DNA of 60,583 bases from an uncultured Bacteroidales bacterium (GCA_964418565.1 CAYQMB010000004.1:1-60583); one strand, 5' to 3'. Positions 38,224-48,899 are shown, counted from the first letter of the stretch. Notes: generated by a model from the letters alone, not told the origin. Numbers and translations are program-made.

Positions 38224-40431
38224 TTACGCCTGTTTTCCCATCTCTGTCAGGAAGTTTCTGACATCTTCCACACTGTCAATGAGATACCGGGCTATCGTGT
38301 TGATGCTACCGACTTTAATGGTGTGAGCATCTTTTGGCAGGTATTTAAACAGAAACTCGTCGGTCCAGTCATCACCCATGGCCATAACAAAGTCGTAGGA
38401 TTTGCCGGACATGTGATGCAGGGCTGCCTGACCCTTATTGATGCCACTGGTCTTGAGTTCCAATACTTTATTGCCTTCCATGATTTCAAGGTTGTGGTTG
38501 GCTATCATGCTGGTGATTTCATCCTTTAATTCAATGGCCCGGTTTTTTCCCAGTTCCGGATCGGTGTTGCGGTAATGCCATACCAGCGAATAGTTCTTTT
38601 CTTCATACAGGCTTCCGGGTGTGCGATCGACATACCATTGAATAATTGGCCGGAAAATCTCTTTCCATTCATTGTTCATCTTCTCCAGCATCTGCCAGTT
38701 TGCATTTTCATATACCCAGACACCATGCTCGGCAATGAGTTTAATGTTTCTTTTGCCAAACCACCGGTCCAGTGTGTTTTTATCCCGGCCTGAAATGATG
38801 ACCAGTTCATTTTTGGGATCAGTGTTAAGATTATCCAGCAATTCGTACAGGGCCTTGTCGGGATAAGCCTTTTGCGGATCTTTTTTGAAGTTCGTTAATG
38901 TGCCGTCATAATCCAGGAAAATGATGCGTTTCTCAGCTTCCTTGTATTGCTCAAGTATGGTAGCTTTCACCCGGTCAATGTTTTTGGGGATATACTGAGC
39001 TTTATGCTGAGTTTGTTTTTCAAGTGTAGAGAGAAAGTCATTTGCCCATTTGGTGACATTGTAGCGTTTAAGCCTGTCTTTCAGGACAATATTGCGTTCG
39101 TTTTGTTCTGCTTCGGGCATATTAATGGCCTGATCCAGACTATCGGCAATTTCATCCATATTATTGGGGTTGATGATGAGGGCCTCGCTCATTTCTTTGG
39201 CTGATCCTGCCATTTCCGAAAGAATAAGAACCCCTTTGTTGTCGGGTTTTGATGCCAGGTATTCTTTGGCAACCAAATTCATTCCGTCTCGTACCGGGGT
39301 AAGCAATGCTATGTCGCTGGCCAGATAAAGCTCTATGAGTTTATCCAGTGGCATGCTACGATAAAAATACCAGATCGGTGTCCAGTTGATGCTGCCAAAT
39401 TTACCATTTATCCTGCCAACCAATTCGTCAACTTCACGTTTCATTTTTTTGTATTGCGGAACATTTGAGCGTGTTGGGGTGGCAAGCATCAGCAACGTAA
39501 CCTTTTCGCGGTGTTCCGGGTATTTTTCCAGAAAACGCTCAAAACCCAGTAAGCGGTTTGGTATGCCTTTGCTGTAATCAAGCCGGTCGATGGAAAGTAC
39601 CAACCGGCGTTCTGGTGTGCTGAGAAAATACATGTCAATATCACGCTGTATGTCCGTTTTGTCTTTTACCGAACGGTTGCGTTTTTCATTGGCAGCATCC
39701 TCAAAATAGCTGTAATCTATTCCCATGGGGAAAACATCCAGCTTTATTTCACGTGTATTGAGTTTTATGAAATTGAAATCGGCATCATATCCCAGCAGGC
39801 GATGCGCGCATGAGCGGAAGTGCCTTTCATAATCGTAGGTATGGAATCCTATTAAATCAGCGCCAAGCATGCCTTCAATGAGCTCATTACGCCAGGGCAG
39901 CATGCGGAAAACTTCGTAAGAAGGAAACGGGATGTGCAGGAAAAATCCAATTCCCAGATCGGGAAATTTCTCCCTTAGCATACCGGGTAAAAGCAGGAGG
40001 TGGTAATCATGTATCCACACGGTATCGTCTTCATTGATTTGTTCTGCAATTGTATCTGCAAAAATCTGATTTACCCTGACATAGGATTCCCAGTATTTGG
40101 TTTTGTATTCAGCGTATTGCATAAAATAATGAAACAAAGGCCATATTGTCCGGTTGCTGAAACCGTAATAATAATTATCAATATCTTCTTCACTCAGATA
40201 TACAGGGGCACACTTGTTTTTTGCAAGGAGGTTCTCGGTTTCCTTAAGTTTTTTATCGCTTAAATCCTCAGGATTGTACCGGGGCCAGCCAAACCACAGG
40301 CTGTCATTATTTTCATGAACTGATTTCATTCCTGTTGCAAGACCCCCTATGCCTTGCTCTAACGTTGTTTCCTCTCCGCTAAAATCCAGACTTACCGGTA
40401 ATCGGTTGGAAATAATGATAATTCTTTGCAT
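38224..40431 (-). CDS. otsAB: Bifunctional trehalose-6-phosphate synthase/phosphatase (GT20 + HAD)
   Basis: GGLATG, YYGFSNRTIWPLFH, WIHDYHL, FFLHIPFP, DRLDYSKG, RDGMNLVAKEY; C-terminal FLDYDGTL...GDDWTDE. Confidence 0.93.
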   Translation of the reverse strand: MQRIIIISNRLPVSLDFSGEETTLEQGIGGLATGMKSVHENNDSLWFGWPRYNPEDLSDKKLKETENLLAKNKCAPVYLSEEDIDNYYYGFSNRTIWPLFHYFMQYAEYKTKYWESYVRVNQIFADTIAEQINEDDTVWIHDYHLLLLPGMLREKFPDLGIGFFLHIPFPSYEVFRMLPWRNELIEGMLGADLIGFHTYDYERHFRSCAHRLLGYDADFNFIKLNTREIKLDVFPMGIDYSYFEDAANEKRNRSVKDKTDIQRDIDMYFLSTPERRLVLSIDRLDYSKGIPNRLLGFERFLEKYPEHREKVTLLMLATPTRSNVPQYKKMKREVDELVGRINGKFGSINWTPIWYFYRSMPLDKLIELYLASDIALLTPVRDGMNLVAKEYLASKPDNKGVLILSEMAGSAKEMSEALIINPNNMDEIADSLDQAINMPEAEQNERNIVLKDRLKRYNVTKWANDFLSTLEKQTQHKAQYIPKNIDRVKATILEQYKEAEKRIIFLDYDGTLTNFKKDPQKAYPDKALYELLDNLNTDPKNELVIISGRDKNTLDRWFGKRNIKLIAEHGVWVYENANWQMLEKMNNEWKEIFRPIIQWYVDRTPGSLYEEKNYSLVWHYRNTDPELGKNRAIELKDEITSMIANHNLEIMEGNKVLELKTSGINKGQAALHHMSGKSYDFVMAMGDDWTDEFLFKYLPKDAHTIKVGSINTIARYLIDSVEDVRNFLTEMGKQA

Positions 40432-40460
40432 ATTGATTTAGTTTTTTGATAAAATACGGA

Positions 40461-40468
40461 TATTTTTG
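40461..40468 (+). promoter_or_regulatory. -7 element (TATTTTTG) for GH15
   Basis: TAnnTTTG match. Confidence 0.45.
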
Positions 40469-40512
40469 TAAATAACAATAGTATTTTTTGAATGTTTTAA
40501 GAAGAATGACGA

Positions 40513-42315
40513 ATGGAAAATCTTAACTATGGTGTGATTGGCAACTGCCGGACTGCGGCTTTGGTGTCAGATGAGGGGGCGATTGAATGGATGTGTCTTC
40601 CAAAATTTGACAGCGCGTCGGTTTTTTCAAAAATACTGGATAAAGAAAAGGGCGGGGAGTTTGGTATTATTCCTTCGGGAGCATATGAAATCAAACAAGC
40701 GTATATCCCGCGCACCAACCTGTTGGTGACACGCTTTACAAATGGAGCGGATACATTTGAAATAGTGGATTTTATGCCCCGGTATAAGGAGGAGGAGCCG
40801 GATTATTATGCACCTCCCGATGTTGTAAGGTACATCAGGCATATCAGTGGTAAACCAAAAATCCGGATTCATTACAAGCCGGCTATGGTGTATGCTCAAA
40901 ACGAAACAAAAAGTGAAATCAGGGATGATTACATCAAATCCTATTCCAGTCAGGGAGAATATGATTCCATGTATTTGTATTCCAGCATGAACAAGGAAGA
41001 TGTTCTGCATGGGAATCAAATCATCCTTGAAAAAGATGAATTTTTACTTTTGTCTTATCATCAGAAGTTACAAAAACAAGACATTAAGCGAGCTCATTTA
41101 AAAATGGAGCGTACAAAGGTTTACTGGCTCAACTGGGCGGAGCGAACCAATCAGTTTCCTGAATATCAGGATGATATTCTGCGATCTGCACTTGTGCTGA
41201 AGCTTCTGAGCTACAATCCCAGCGGGGCTATCCTCGCGGCACTTACCACATCAATCCCTGAAACCATCGGTGAGGAGCGCAACTGGGATTATCGGTTTTG
41301 CTGGATCAGGGATGCTTCCATGACAATTAAAGTCCTCTCCAGCCTCGGTCATTACAACGTGGCGCGCAGGTATTTGAATTATGTCATTAAACTTGTTCCT
41401 GTCAAAGATGAGCCCGTGCAGATTATGTATGGCATCAATGGCGAAAAGAAGCTGACAGAAAAAATTCTTGATCACCTTGACGGATACGAAGGTTCTACAC
41501 CGGTTAGAATCGGAAATGCTGCCTACAAGCAAAAGCAAAATGATATTTTTGGCGTGCTGGTGGATGTGATATATCAGCTTTTCAAAATGTTTGATGTTAC
41601 CCTGGCCAATTCAGAGGAATTGTGGACCATCACACGCAGCTTGCTTAAGGTAGTTAAAAATACATGGCGGGAACCCGATCGTGGCATTTGGGAAATCCGC
41701 AAAAGCAACAAACACTTTACATTTTCCAAAGTATTGTGCTGGGTGGCTGCCGACCGTGGTGTTAAGATTGCGCGCATGATCAAAATGAATGATTATGTCA
41801 GTGAATGGTCAGAGCTGCGGGATGAAATCAAACAGGACATTCTGGACAACGCCTGGAACGATGATATTAATGCATTTGCACAGGCTTACGGCTCATCTGA
41901 ACTGGATGCTGCAAACCTGCTTATGGAATCTTATGGCTTTTTGAAAGCCGATGATGAGAAATATAAAGCCACGGTATACGCTACTGAGAAAAACCTCACG
42001 CGCAATGGACTGATGTATCGATATCGGACACCCGATGATTACGGAGTGCCGCAATCTTCCTTTACCATCTGTACGTTTTGGTTGATTACGGCCATGCACC
42101 GGATTGGTGAAAAGAAAAAGGCCAGAGAAATGTTCGACCGGGTTTTATCCTATTCCAATCATCTGGGGCTTTTTAGTGAGGATATTGATTTTGATACAAA
42201 ACGTTTGCTGGGGAATTTCCCTCAGGCATATTCCCATCTGGCACTGATTGAAACTGCCGCTACCATTGGTAATGGAGGGTGCCTTACACATAATATAAAA
42301 AACAACTTTAGTTAG
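40513..42315 (+). CDS. Glycoside hydrolase family 15 (trehalase/glucoamylase-like)
   Basis: IGNCRTAALV, RSALVLKLL, ERNWDYRFCWIRD, GIWEIR, LFSEDID, GNFPQAYSHL. Confidence 0.92.
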   Translation: MENLNYGVIGNCRTAALVSDEGAIEWMCLPKFDSASVFSKILDKEKGGEFGIIPSGAYEIKQAYIPRTNLLVTRFTNGADTFEIVDFMPRYKEEEPDYYAPPDVVRYIRHISGKPKIRIHYKPAMVYAQNETKSEIRDDYIKSYSSQGEYDSMYLYSSMNKEDVLHGNQIILEKDEFLLLSYHQKLQKQDIKRAHLKMERTKVYWLNWAERTNQFPEYQDDILRSALVLKLLSYNPSGAILAALTTSIPETIGEERNWDYRFCWIRDASMTIKVLSSLGHYNVARRYLNYVIKLVPVKDEPVQIMYGINGEKKLTEKILDHLDGYEGSTPVRIGNAAYKQKQNDIFGVLVDVIYQLFKMFDVTLANSEELWTITRSLLKVVKNTWREPDRGIWEIRKSNKHFTFSKVLCWVAADRGVKIARMIKMNDYVSEWSELRDEIKQDILDNAWNDDINAFAQAYGSSELDAANLLMESYGFLKADDEKYKATVYATEKNLTRNGLMYRYRTPDDYGVPQSSFTICTFWLITAMHRIGEKKKAREMFDRVLSYSNHLGLFSEDIDFDTKRLLGNFPQAYSHLALIETAATIGNGGCLTHNIKNNFS

Positions 42316-42337
42316 AATTAATTTATAGTAACCCGTT

Positions 42338-43150
42338 ATGATAGGATTTATTGACTGGACAGTTGACCCCGTAGCATTTCAGATTGGTGCCAGGGGTGTT
42401 AGATGGTACGGCATCTTGCTGGCACTGGGTTTTTTGCTTGGCTATTTGATTTTTAGCCGTATCGCCAAAAGAGAAGGCCTTAAACAAGAGCTGGTGGACA
42501 GACTGGCAATTGTGGTAATCCTCGGTGTGGTTATCGGCCTCAGGCTGGGGCATTGCCTCTTTTATAATCCTGACTATTATCTTAGCAACCCGGTAGAAAT
42601 ACTTAAAGTCTGGAAAGGCGGCCTTGCCAGCCATGGGGGCGCTGCTGGTATCCTTATTGCTGTTTGGCTTTTTCAGCGAAAGCATAAAAAAATCAGTTTC
42701 CTTTACATTATTGACAGGCTTGCTATCATTGCAGCTCTGGCAGGAGCTTTTGTACGCATCGGAAACCTCATAAACCACGAAATTGTGGGCATCCCTGCTC
42801 AGGTGCCCTGGGCATTTGTCTTTCACCGTGTCGATATGCTCCCGCGGCATCCGACCCAACTGTATGAGTCCATCTTCTATTTCATCTGTTTTGCTCTCAT
42901 GTTGACATTTTATTACCGGCGAAACTGGGGTGCACGCGAAGGGCTCATTACCGGCTTTTTCTTTACCGCTGTATTTGCTTTTCGCTTTGTGATTGAGTTT
43001 ACCAAAACCGTGCAGATGGAAACCGGAAGTTGGGAGTTTCCTCTCAGAATGGGACAGGTGCTTAGCATACCATTCATCCTTATCGGGATATGGCTGATGT
43101 GGAGGGCTTTCAGACGTCAGCCGTTGAAACTGCCTTTCAGGGATGCCTGA
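42338..43150 (+). CDS. lgt: Prolipoprotein diacylglyceryl transferase
   Basis: VRWYG, RLGHCLFY, GGLASHGG, RIGNLINHEIVG, RHPTQLYES, FRFVIEF. Confidence 0.95.
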   Translation: MIGFIDWTVDPVAFQIGARGVRWYGILLALGFLLGYLIFSRIAKREGLKQELVDRLAIVVILGVVIGLRLGHCLFYNPDYYLSNPVEILKVWKGGLASHGGAAGILIAVWLFQRKHKKISFLYIIDRLAIIAALAGAFVRIGNLINHEIVGIPAQVPWAFVFHRVDMLPRHPTQLYESIFYFICFALMLTFYYRRNWGAREGLITGFFFTAVFAFRFVIEFTKTVQMETGSWEFPLRMGQVLSIPFILIGIWLMWRAFRRQPLKLPFRDA

Positions 43151-43224
43151 TGTGAATCACTGGTGCGTGTGAACATTTAGGCCTTGTTTTTTGTAATCTC
43201 TCCAAACAATAAATATTGTATACA

Positions 43225-44388
43225 ATGGAAAATTTTACGTTTTATAATCCTGTCAAGATAATTTTTGGTAAAGGTGAAATACCCGGTGTTGCTGCTCAGA
43301 TACCTGAAACTTCACATGTTATGGTTTTGTACGGTGGCGGATCCATAAAGAAAAATGGTATCCATGCCCAGGTTAAAGATGCCCTTAAAAATCATAAGGT
43401 GACAGAATTTGGTGGGATAGAGGCCAATCCAAAATACGAAACCCTCATGAAAGCCGTTGAGCTGGTAAAAGAAAAGGATGTTGATTTCCTGCTTGCGGTT
43501 GGAGGCGGATCTGTGATTGACGGAACAAAATTTGTTGCGGCAGCTGCCCTCTACGAAGGTGAGGACCCGTGGTATATGTTGAGTAAAGGCGAAAAAGTGA
43601 AAGCCGCCCTGCCTGTTGGTGTTGTCTTAACCCTGCCGGCTACCGGTTCCGAAATGAATGCAGGAGCTGTTATCAACCGTGAAAGTACAAAGGAAAAACT
43701 GCCTTTTGGTCATCCGCGTCTGTTTCCGCGCTTCTCTGTACTTGATCCCGAGGTTGTGTACAGCCTGCCAGAGCGGCAAGTCAGAAACGGAATTGTTGAT
43801 GCCTTTGTGCACGTTATGGAGCAATACCTGACCTACCCTGTCAATGCAGAAGTACAGGACCGCTGGTCTGAAGGCCTTCTTAATGCCCTGGTGGAAACAG
43901 GTCCGAAAGTGCTGAGCAATCAGAAAAATTATGACAATGCTGCCAACCTCATGTGGGAAGCCACAATGGCACTAAATGGCCTCGTGGCAAGCGGCGTGCC
44001 CGAAGATTGGTCTACTCATATGATTGGCCATGAGCTTACCGCCCTGCATGGTATTGATCATGCTGAAACACTGGCTATTGTTTTGCCGGGTGTGATGCAG
44101 GAAATGCGGCATGAAAAGTCCGAAAAAATTCTTCAGTATGCTGCCCGCGTTTGGGGTAGATGTTGCGATGATAATGAAGACATGGCTATCAATGATGCCA
44201 TTGAAAAAACAGAGACCTTCTTTAAAAAAATGGGAATGAAGACCCGTCTTTCTGACCACAATATTGGTATGGATACTATAAAGGAGATTGTGTCACGCTT
44301 ATCACTGCGGCCGGGCTTTGATGCTTTGGGCGAACGTGAGAGTGTTAGCCCGGAAAGGGTGCGTAAAATCCTTGAAAGCCGGATATAG
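43225..44388 (+). CDS. Iron-containing NAD(P)H-dependent alcohol/butanol dehydrogenase (YqhD/BdhA-like)
   Basis: FTFYNPVKIIFG, GGGSIKKNG, AVGGGSVIDGTK, TLPATGSE, DWSTHMIGHELTALHGIDHA. Start moved to ATG 43225. Confidence 0.9.
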   Translation: MENFTFYNPVKIIFGKGEIPGVAAQIPETSHVMVLYGGGSIKKNGIHAQVKDALKNHKVTEFGGIEANPKYETLMKAVELVKEKDVDFLLAVGGGSVIDGTKFVAAAALYEGEDPWYMLSKGEKVKAALPVGVVLTLPATGSEMNAGAVINRESTKEKLPFGHPRLFPRFSVLDPEVVYSLPERQVRNGIVDAFVHVMEQYLTYPVNAEVQDRWSEGLLNALVETGPKVLSNQKNYDNAANLMWEATMALNGLVASGVPEDWSTHMIGHELTALHGIDHAETLAIVLPGVMQEMRHEKSEKILQYAARVWGRCCDDNEDMAINDAIEKTETFFKKMGMKTRLSDHNIGMDTIKEIVSRLSLRPGFDALGERESVSPERVRKILESRI

Positions 44389-44481
44389 TTAGTTTATGTG
44401 TTAATATTTTTGAACTTTTTTTTGTCTGTATGACAAAAAAGTGCTTTGAAATTTATATTATTGCACTTTATTGTCAGGGGA

Positions 44482-46533
44482 ATGAAATTTGTTCAGAAAC
44501 TAATTACCTGTGGACTTTTAATGGTCCTTCCTGTATTGACGGGTGCTAAACAGCCTGGCAACCTGCCCGGGTTACATATATCTCAGCATGACATTAAAGA
44601 TGAAAGCCTGAGGTTGAACACACAATGGGCATTTTACTGGCAAACGTTCCATAATCCGGAGATATTTGAGAATGACAGCATCCCGAAACCTGATGATTAT
44701 TCCAATGCTCCCTGCCCCTGGAATATGAAATCCGAAAATGGCCGGCAATTTCCCCGGTTTGGTTACGGTACCTATTTTTTACGCGTGTATGTTCCTCAAA
44801 GTAAGCATAGTTATAGTTTGAAAATCCGCGGGCTCAGTTCGGCCAGTACCTGTTATGTGAATGGAGAAAAGGTTGCACAGATTGGAAGCCCCGCTGATAA
44901 TCCACAGGATGCCAGGCCTGATTATAACATGGTAATTGCAGAATTACCGGCACACGAAAAATCAGACAGCTCTGCTGTGTATAACATTGTTTTTCATGTT
45001 TCAAACTACAGTCATCACCTTGGGGGAATGTGGGACATTATTGAATTTGGAAGACGGGAAACAATTTCTGAAAATTACCATAAAAGCATATTCTGGGAAA
45101 TGCTTGTTGCCGGTGTCTTTATTATGATGATTGCTTACCATTTGATCATTTTTGTTTTAAATCCCTCCGGTAAGCCTTATTTATGGTTTGCCATGTTTGT
45201 TTTCTTTTTATTGATCCGGACCTTACTTACTGAAGAGGTCTTTATCAAATTTGCATTTCCTGATATTTCATATGGATTGATGTTTCGCATAAGCTATATA
45301 GCGACATTTTCCATTGTTATCTGCCTGTTGGGATTTTTTAATTCCATCTTGCCGTCAGAGAATAACAAATTTGCTTTCAGAATTCTTATGGGGCTTATGG
45401 CAGGTGTTGTAATAACTATATTGCTGGCGCCAATGCATGTATACACCTCAATGAACCTGTTGTTTTTAATTCTTACAGGCATGGTGTTTTTATACCTGAT
45501 TTTTCATGTTATGGGCATGGCAATTGTTCATCGAAAGCGGGGGGTATGGATACTGCTGTTGGCAATAATTCCCGGGTTTGTTGGCTTTGTTAATGATGCC
45601 ATGTACTCTCTTGAAATTATTCATACGGCGTATATAGCACATATAGGAAGTTTGATTTTTGTGGTGTTTCAATCCTGGTACCTGGCCAGGGAATTTGTTT
45701 TTGTTTATCGTGATAATTATCGACTTGCAAAACAACTTCAGGATGTGAATGAAAACCTTGAAACCCTGGTGAAGGACAGAACCCATGCGCTTGTGGACAA
45801 ACAGGCTGAACTGGAAAAAGAAAAGCGAATCCTCTCAGATATCAATGAGGACTTAAAAAATGCACAGGCTTTTCAGAAGAAAGCCTCGCGTATGATTGTT
45901 CATGACCTAAAAGGGCCATTGGGCATGATCATTCAAATCACTTCTGAACCGGAAGTTAAAGACAATGAATTGATGCTTATGATAGGGCAGTCTGCTATGC
46001 AGATGCAACAGCTTGTGCTTAACCTTTTGGATGTGTCCCGCATGGAATCAAAACAATTTAGGATTGAGTTAAAACAGAGAACAGTTGAGCCTGTTGTTAA
46101 TTTTGCAATCTCGGCATCTCAACGGCTTGCAGAGGGTAAAAACATTTCTTTCAGGTTTGAAAAACATACCGATTTGCCGGCTTGTTTTGATGAGCAGTTG
46201 CTTAAACGAATGATTTGCAATCTACTCAATAATTCCATAAAATACTCAGATGAGGGAGATACGGTGGTTGTCTCTATTGACAATGCTGAGTTGCACGATA
46301 TGCCGGCACTTTTGATCAGCGTCAGCGACCATGGCCCGGGAGTCAGCGATGATATTAAGAATGTTTTGTTTAACATGGGAACATCAGAGCGCTCGCCCTG
46401 GGAATCTCACGGTCTGGGACTACATTTCTGCAAGCTTGCTGTTGACGCTATGAATGGGGTGATATACCTGGATACTGACTATACTGAAGGCGCACGTTTT
46501 AACGTGGTTTTGCCTCTGACGTGTGATGATTAA
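44482..46533 (+). CDS. 7TM-DISM-type sensor histidine kinase
   Basis: Periplasmic beta-sandwich (carbohydrate-binding-like), 7 TM, coiled coil, H-box VHDLKGPL, N-box NLLNNSIKY, DHGPG, GLGL. Confidence 0.85.
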   Translation: MKFVQKLITCGLLMVLPVLTGAKQPGNLPGLHISQHDIKDESLRLNTQWAFYWQTFHNPEIFENDSIPKPDDYSNAPCPWNMKSENGRQFPRFGYGTYFLRVYVPQSKHSYSLKIRGLSSASTCYVNGEKVAQIGSPADNPQDARPDYNMVIAELPAHEKSDSSAVYNIVFHVSNYSHHLGGMWDIIEFGRRETISENYHKSIFWEMLVAGVFIMMIAYHLIIFVLNPSGKPYLWFAMFVFFLLIRTLLTEEVFIKFAFPDISYGLMFRISYIATFSIVICLLGFFNSILPSENNKFAFRILMGLMAGVVITILLAPMHVYTSMNLLFLILTGMVFLYLIFHVMGMAIVHRKRGVWILLLAIIPGFVGFVNDAMYSLEIIHTAYIAHIGSLIFVVFQSWYLAREFVFVYRDNYRLAKQLQDVNENLETLVKDRTHALVDKQAELEKEKRILSDINEDLKNAQAFQKKASRMIVHDLKGPLGMIIQITSEPEVKDNELMLMIGQSAMQMQQLVLNLLDVSRMESKQFRIELKQRTVEPVVNFAISASQRLAEGKNISFRFEKHTDLPACFDEQLLKRMICNLLNNSIKYSDEGDTVVVSIDNAELHDMPALLISVSDHGPGVSDDIKNVLFNMGTSERSPWESHGLGLHFCKLAVDAMNGVIYLDTDYTEGARFNVVLPLTCDD

Positions 46534-47507
46534 GGTGCATAGGTAGAAACATCAATTACCTCAATATGAAATATCAATGTTGACCAGGGTGGTATCGGAC
46601 CTTCCTGATGATCACCATATGCCTGGTTGAAAGGTATTATCAGCGTAAGCTTACTTCCCTGATGGATGCCTTTCAGCCCTTTTTCCAAACCGGGAATTAC
46701 CTGTTTCTGATTCATTTTAAACGTAAATGGTTCACCCTCTTTTTTCGTGTCTGAAAACGGGTTGTCATCTGTAAATACACCGATATAATGAAGCGTAACT
46801 ACTGATTTTTCTCCTATTTTCGGCCCGGTTCCCTGTTTATGCACAGCCCTGCGTATTCTGTCTCCAATCTTTTCTGCCTTTAGATCATGGCTCAACAGGT
46901 ACTTGTTAATATCACTGTTCTCTTGTTTTATATGTTCCCGGATCTTACCGGATTTTTTGTGATGATAAAGCTCTGCCGGAACAACCTTCCGGTTCCGGAT
47001 GTGAAATCTGAGTGAGTCGTCTCTGCCAATAAACCCGGGCAGCTTTACAAGCTCTCTGGTATAACGGTAAAATCCACTGGCTTCCACCAACAATTCTGCA
47101 CTGTCATTTTCATGCAATTGCAGTAATGCATAATAAATACTGCCGCGATACTTTGGCTTGATGATTTGCATCTTAAAATCACCGGGGAAATCGCGTGAGG
47201 TAAACAGCAAACTGTCGTTCAGGTAATAATCCATATGCAGATGCACCACGTCTCCAATATCAGGATATGGACCTGTGGGATTATAGTGATGCATGTGCAT
47301 GCGTATGCCGTTTTTCAGGGTTTTGTAATAGCCGGGAATTTCCTCATTGTCCCGGGGTAGGGCAGTACTGTCAGTGCCGGTATTCGTAACAGGACGGAAC
47401 ACTTCCTTGCTTTTGTTTTGATCATATTTTGCCTGATGCTTACAGCCCGCTGTAAGGATGATCAAAACAAAAATAATGCATGCTATTGACTTGGAATTAT
47501 TGCACAT
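46530..47507 (-). CDS. FKBP-type PPIase lipoprotein (two FKBP domains)
   Basis: Lipobox-like TAGC; VTLHYIG...QVIPGLEKGL...IIPFNQAYG...IPPWSTLIFHIEV. Confidence 0.85.
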   Translation of the reverse strand: MCNNSKSIACIIFVLIILTAGCKHQAKYDQNKSKEVFRPVTNTGTDSTALPRDNEEIPGYYKTLKNGIRMHMHHYNPTGPYPDIGDVVHLHMDYYLNDSLLFTSRDFPGDFKMQIIKPKYRGSIYYALLQLHENDSAELLVEASGFYRYTRELVKLPGFIGRDDSLRFHIRNRKVVPAELYHHKKSGKIREHIKQENSDINKYLLSHDLKAEKIGDRIRRAVHKQGTGPKIGEKSVVTLHYIGVFTDDNPFSDTKKEGEPFTFKMNQKQVIPGLEKGLKGIHQGSKLTLIIPFNQAYGDHQEGPIPPWSTLIFHIEVIDVSTYAP

Positions 47508-48360
47508 CGATTAAATCAATTTCAAAAATTAATGTTGTGTATGGTAAAACATCACCTTTACCTTTCTTACCATAAGCAAGATGCGACGGTATAATCAAAC
47601 GGGCTTTACCGCCTTCCTTTATTTTTTGCAGACCGCGTTCCCAGCCTTCGATGACCTCTCCGTTTCCCAGCGTAAAACGTATGGGTTCTTTATCCAGAGA
47701 TGTATCAAATGGTTTGCCGCTGATAAACGTCCCGGTGTAGTGCACTGTAAGTATGTCTCCGGGTTTCGGGTATTCACCATCGCCCTCTTTTAGGGTGATC
47801 ACATATAAACCTGAGGAATCCGGCTCTGCTTGTGTGTTGGTGATTTCAAGGTAATTATCAAGCAATTCCAACTCTTTTTTTTCTGATACATGCAGGTTTT
47901 TTGAAATTTGCTTGCCAAAATCATCCTTTGGCAGGATTCTTTCAAGTTTAATGTGGACCAAAATGTCACTTTCCGGGTTGATGCTCTCCGGAATGCTTTC
48001 CTGTTTCATGCTGAATTTGAGGAAATCATGCGCATTGATTTTAAACGATGCGCTGTCATTGACATGCATCATCTGTAAGGCTTCCTCAAAACTGCCTCCC
48101 GGATGGCCGGGGGCTTTGATGGTTTGCATGTAGGTGCGATCTGTATTGTCAGTATCAAAAAGTACATTGTCGTTTTCATCCAGATAGCGCATGCTCAGAA
48201 TCACCACATCCCCTCGTTCCGGCATATCGGTATCCGAATGTTTTTGATGAAAATGGTATCTTAATCCGTTATCTGCGGTTTTAAATGCATCATTTTCCTT
48301 TTTTACGCATGACACGGCAAAAATACTGACAGCAACGTATAAAATGACGGCTTTTCTCAT
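47497..48360 (-). CDS. FKBP-type PPIase lipoprotein (two FKBP domains)
   Basis: Lipobox AVSC; VHYTGTF...VIEGWERGL...IIPSHLAYG...LPYTTLIFEIDL. Confidence 0.88.
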   Translation of the reverse strand: MRKAVILYVAVSIFAVSCVKKENDAFKTADNGLRYHFHQKHSDTDMPERGDVVILSMRYLDENDNVLFDTDNTDRTYMQTIKAPGHPGGSFEEALQMMHVNDSASFKINAHDFLKFSMKQESIPESINPESDILVHIKLERILPKDDFGKQISKNLHVSEKKELELLDNYLEITNTQAEPDSSGLYVITLKEGDGEYPKPGDILTVHYTGTFISGKPFDTSLDKEPIRFTLGNGEVIEGWERGLQKIKEGGKARLIIPSHLAYGKKGKGDVLPYTTLIFEIDLIDVQ

Positions 48361-48362
48361 AA

Positions 48363-48899
48363 TTATTGAAGTTCAGTTAATTCTACATGATAAACAAGCG
48401 TGGCATCTGAAGGTATTTTATTCCCATCACCGGGCATGCCGTATCCCAGGTGTGGTGGAATAATCAGGCGGGCTTTATCCCCTGTACGCATTTTTAGCAG
48501 TCCCTCTTCCAGACCGGATTCAATCCGAACCCGACCCAGTCTTAGTTCCCGCGACCCGGTACTGTCAGATGAGTAACAGTATGTTCCGTCCAGCAATTCC
48601 AGATGGTAATTAATGATGGCAAGATCACCCGTATCAGATTTGGGCCCTTTTCCGTTTTCGTATATTTCGTAATAAAGACCGGACCCGGTGCGGGTCATAT
48701 TCCAGTTACGCCGCTCCGCATATCCTTTTATGCGCAAATCCTGGTCTCGAAGCTTGCGCTGATTCCAGTCCATCATCGGTTCTTTGTATTCCTTCTCAAT
48801 ATCTTTCAGATTTTTCTGCTCCGGCTGATTATCCCTTTGACAGGCAATGCTTGATAAAAGCAGAAACTGAACAATTATTAGGATGTTAATCTGTCTCAT
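48363..48899 (-). CDS. FKBP-type PPIase lipoprotein, GldI-like
   Basis: Lipobox SIAC; SGLYY, GLEEGLLKM...IIPPHLGYG...IPSDATLVY. Size and position after a DHH gene resemble gldI loci. Confidence 0.82.
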   Translation of the reverse strand: MRQINILIIVQFLLLSSIACQRDNQPEQKNLKDIEKEYKEPMMDWNQRKLRDQDLRIKGYAERRNWNMTRTGSGLYYEIYENGKGPKSDTGDLAIINYHLELLDGTYCYSSDSTGSRELRLGRVRIESGLEEGLLKMRTGDKARLIIPPHLGYGMPGDGNKIPSDATLVYHVELTELQ

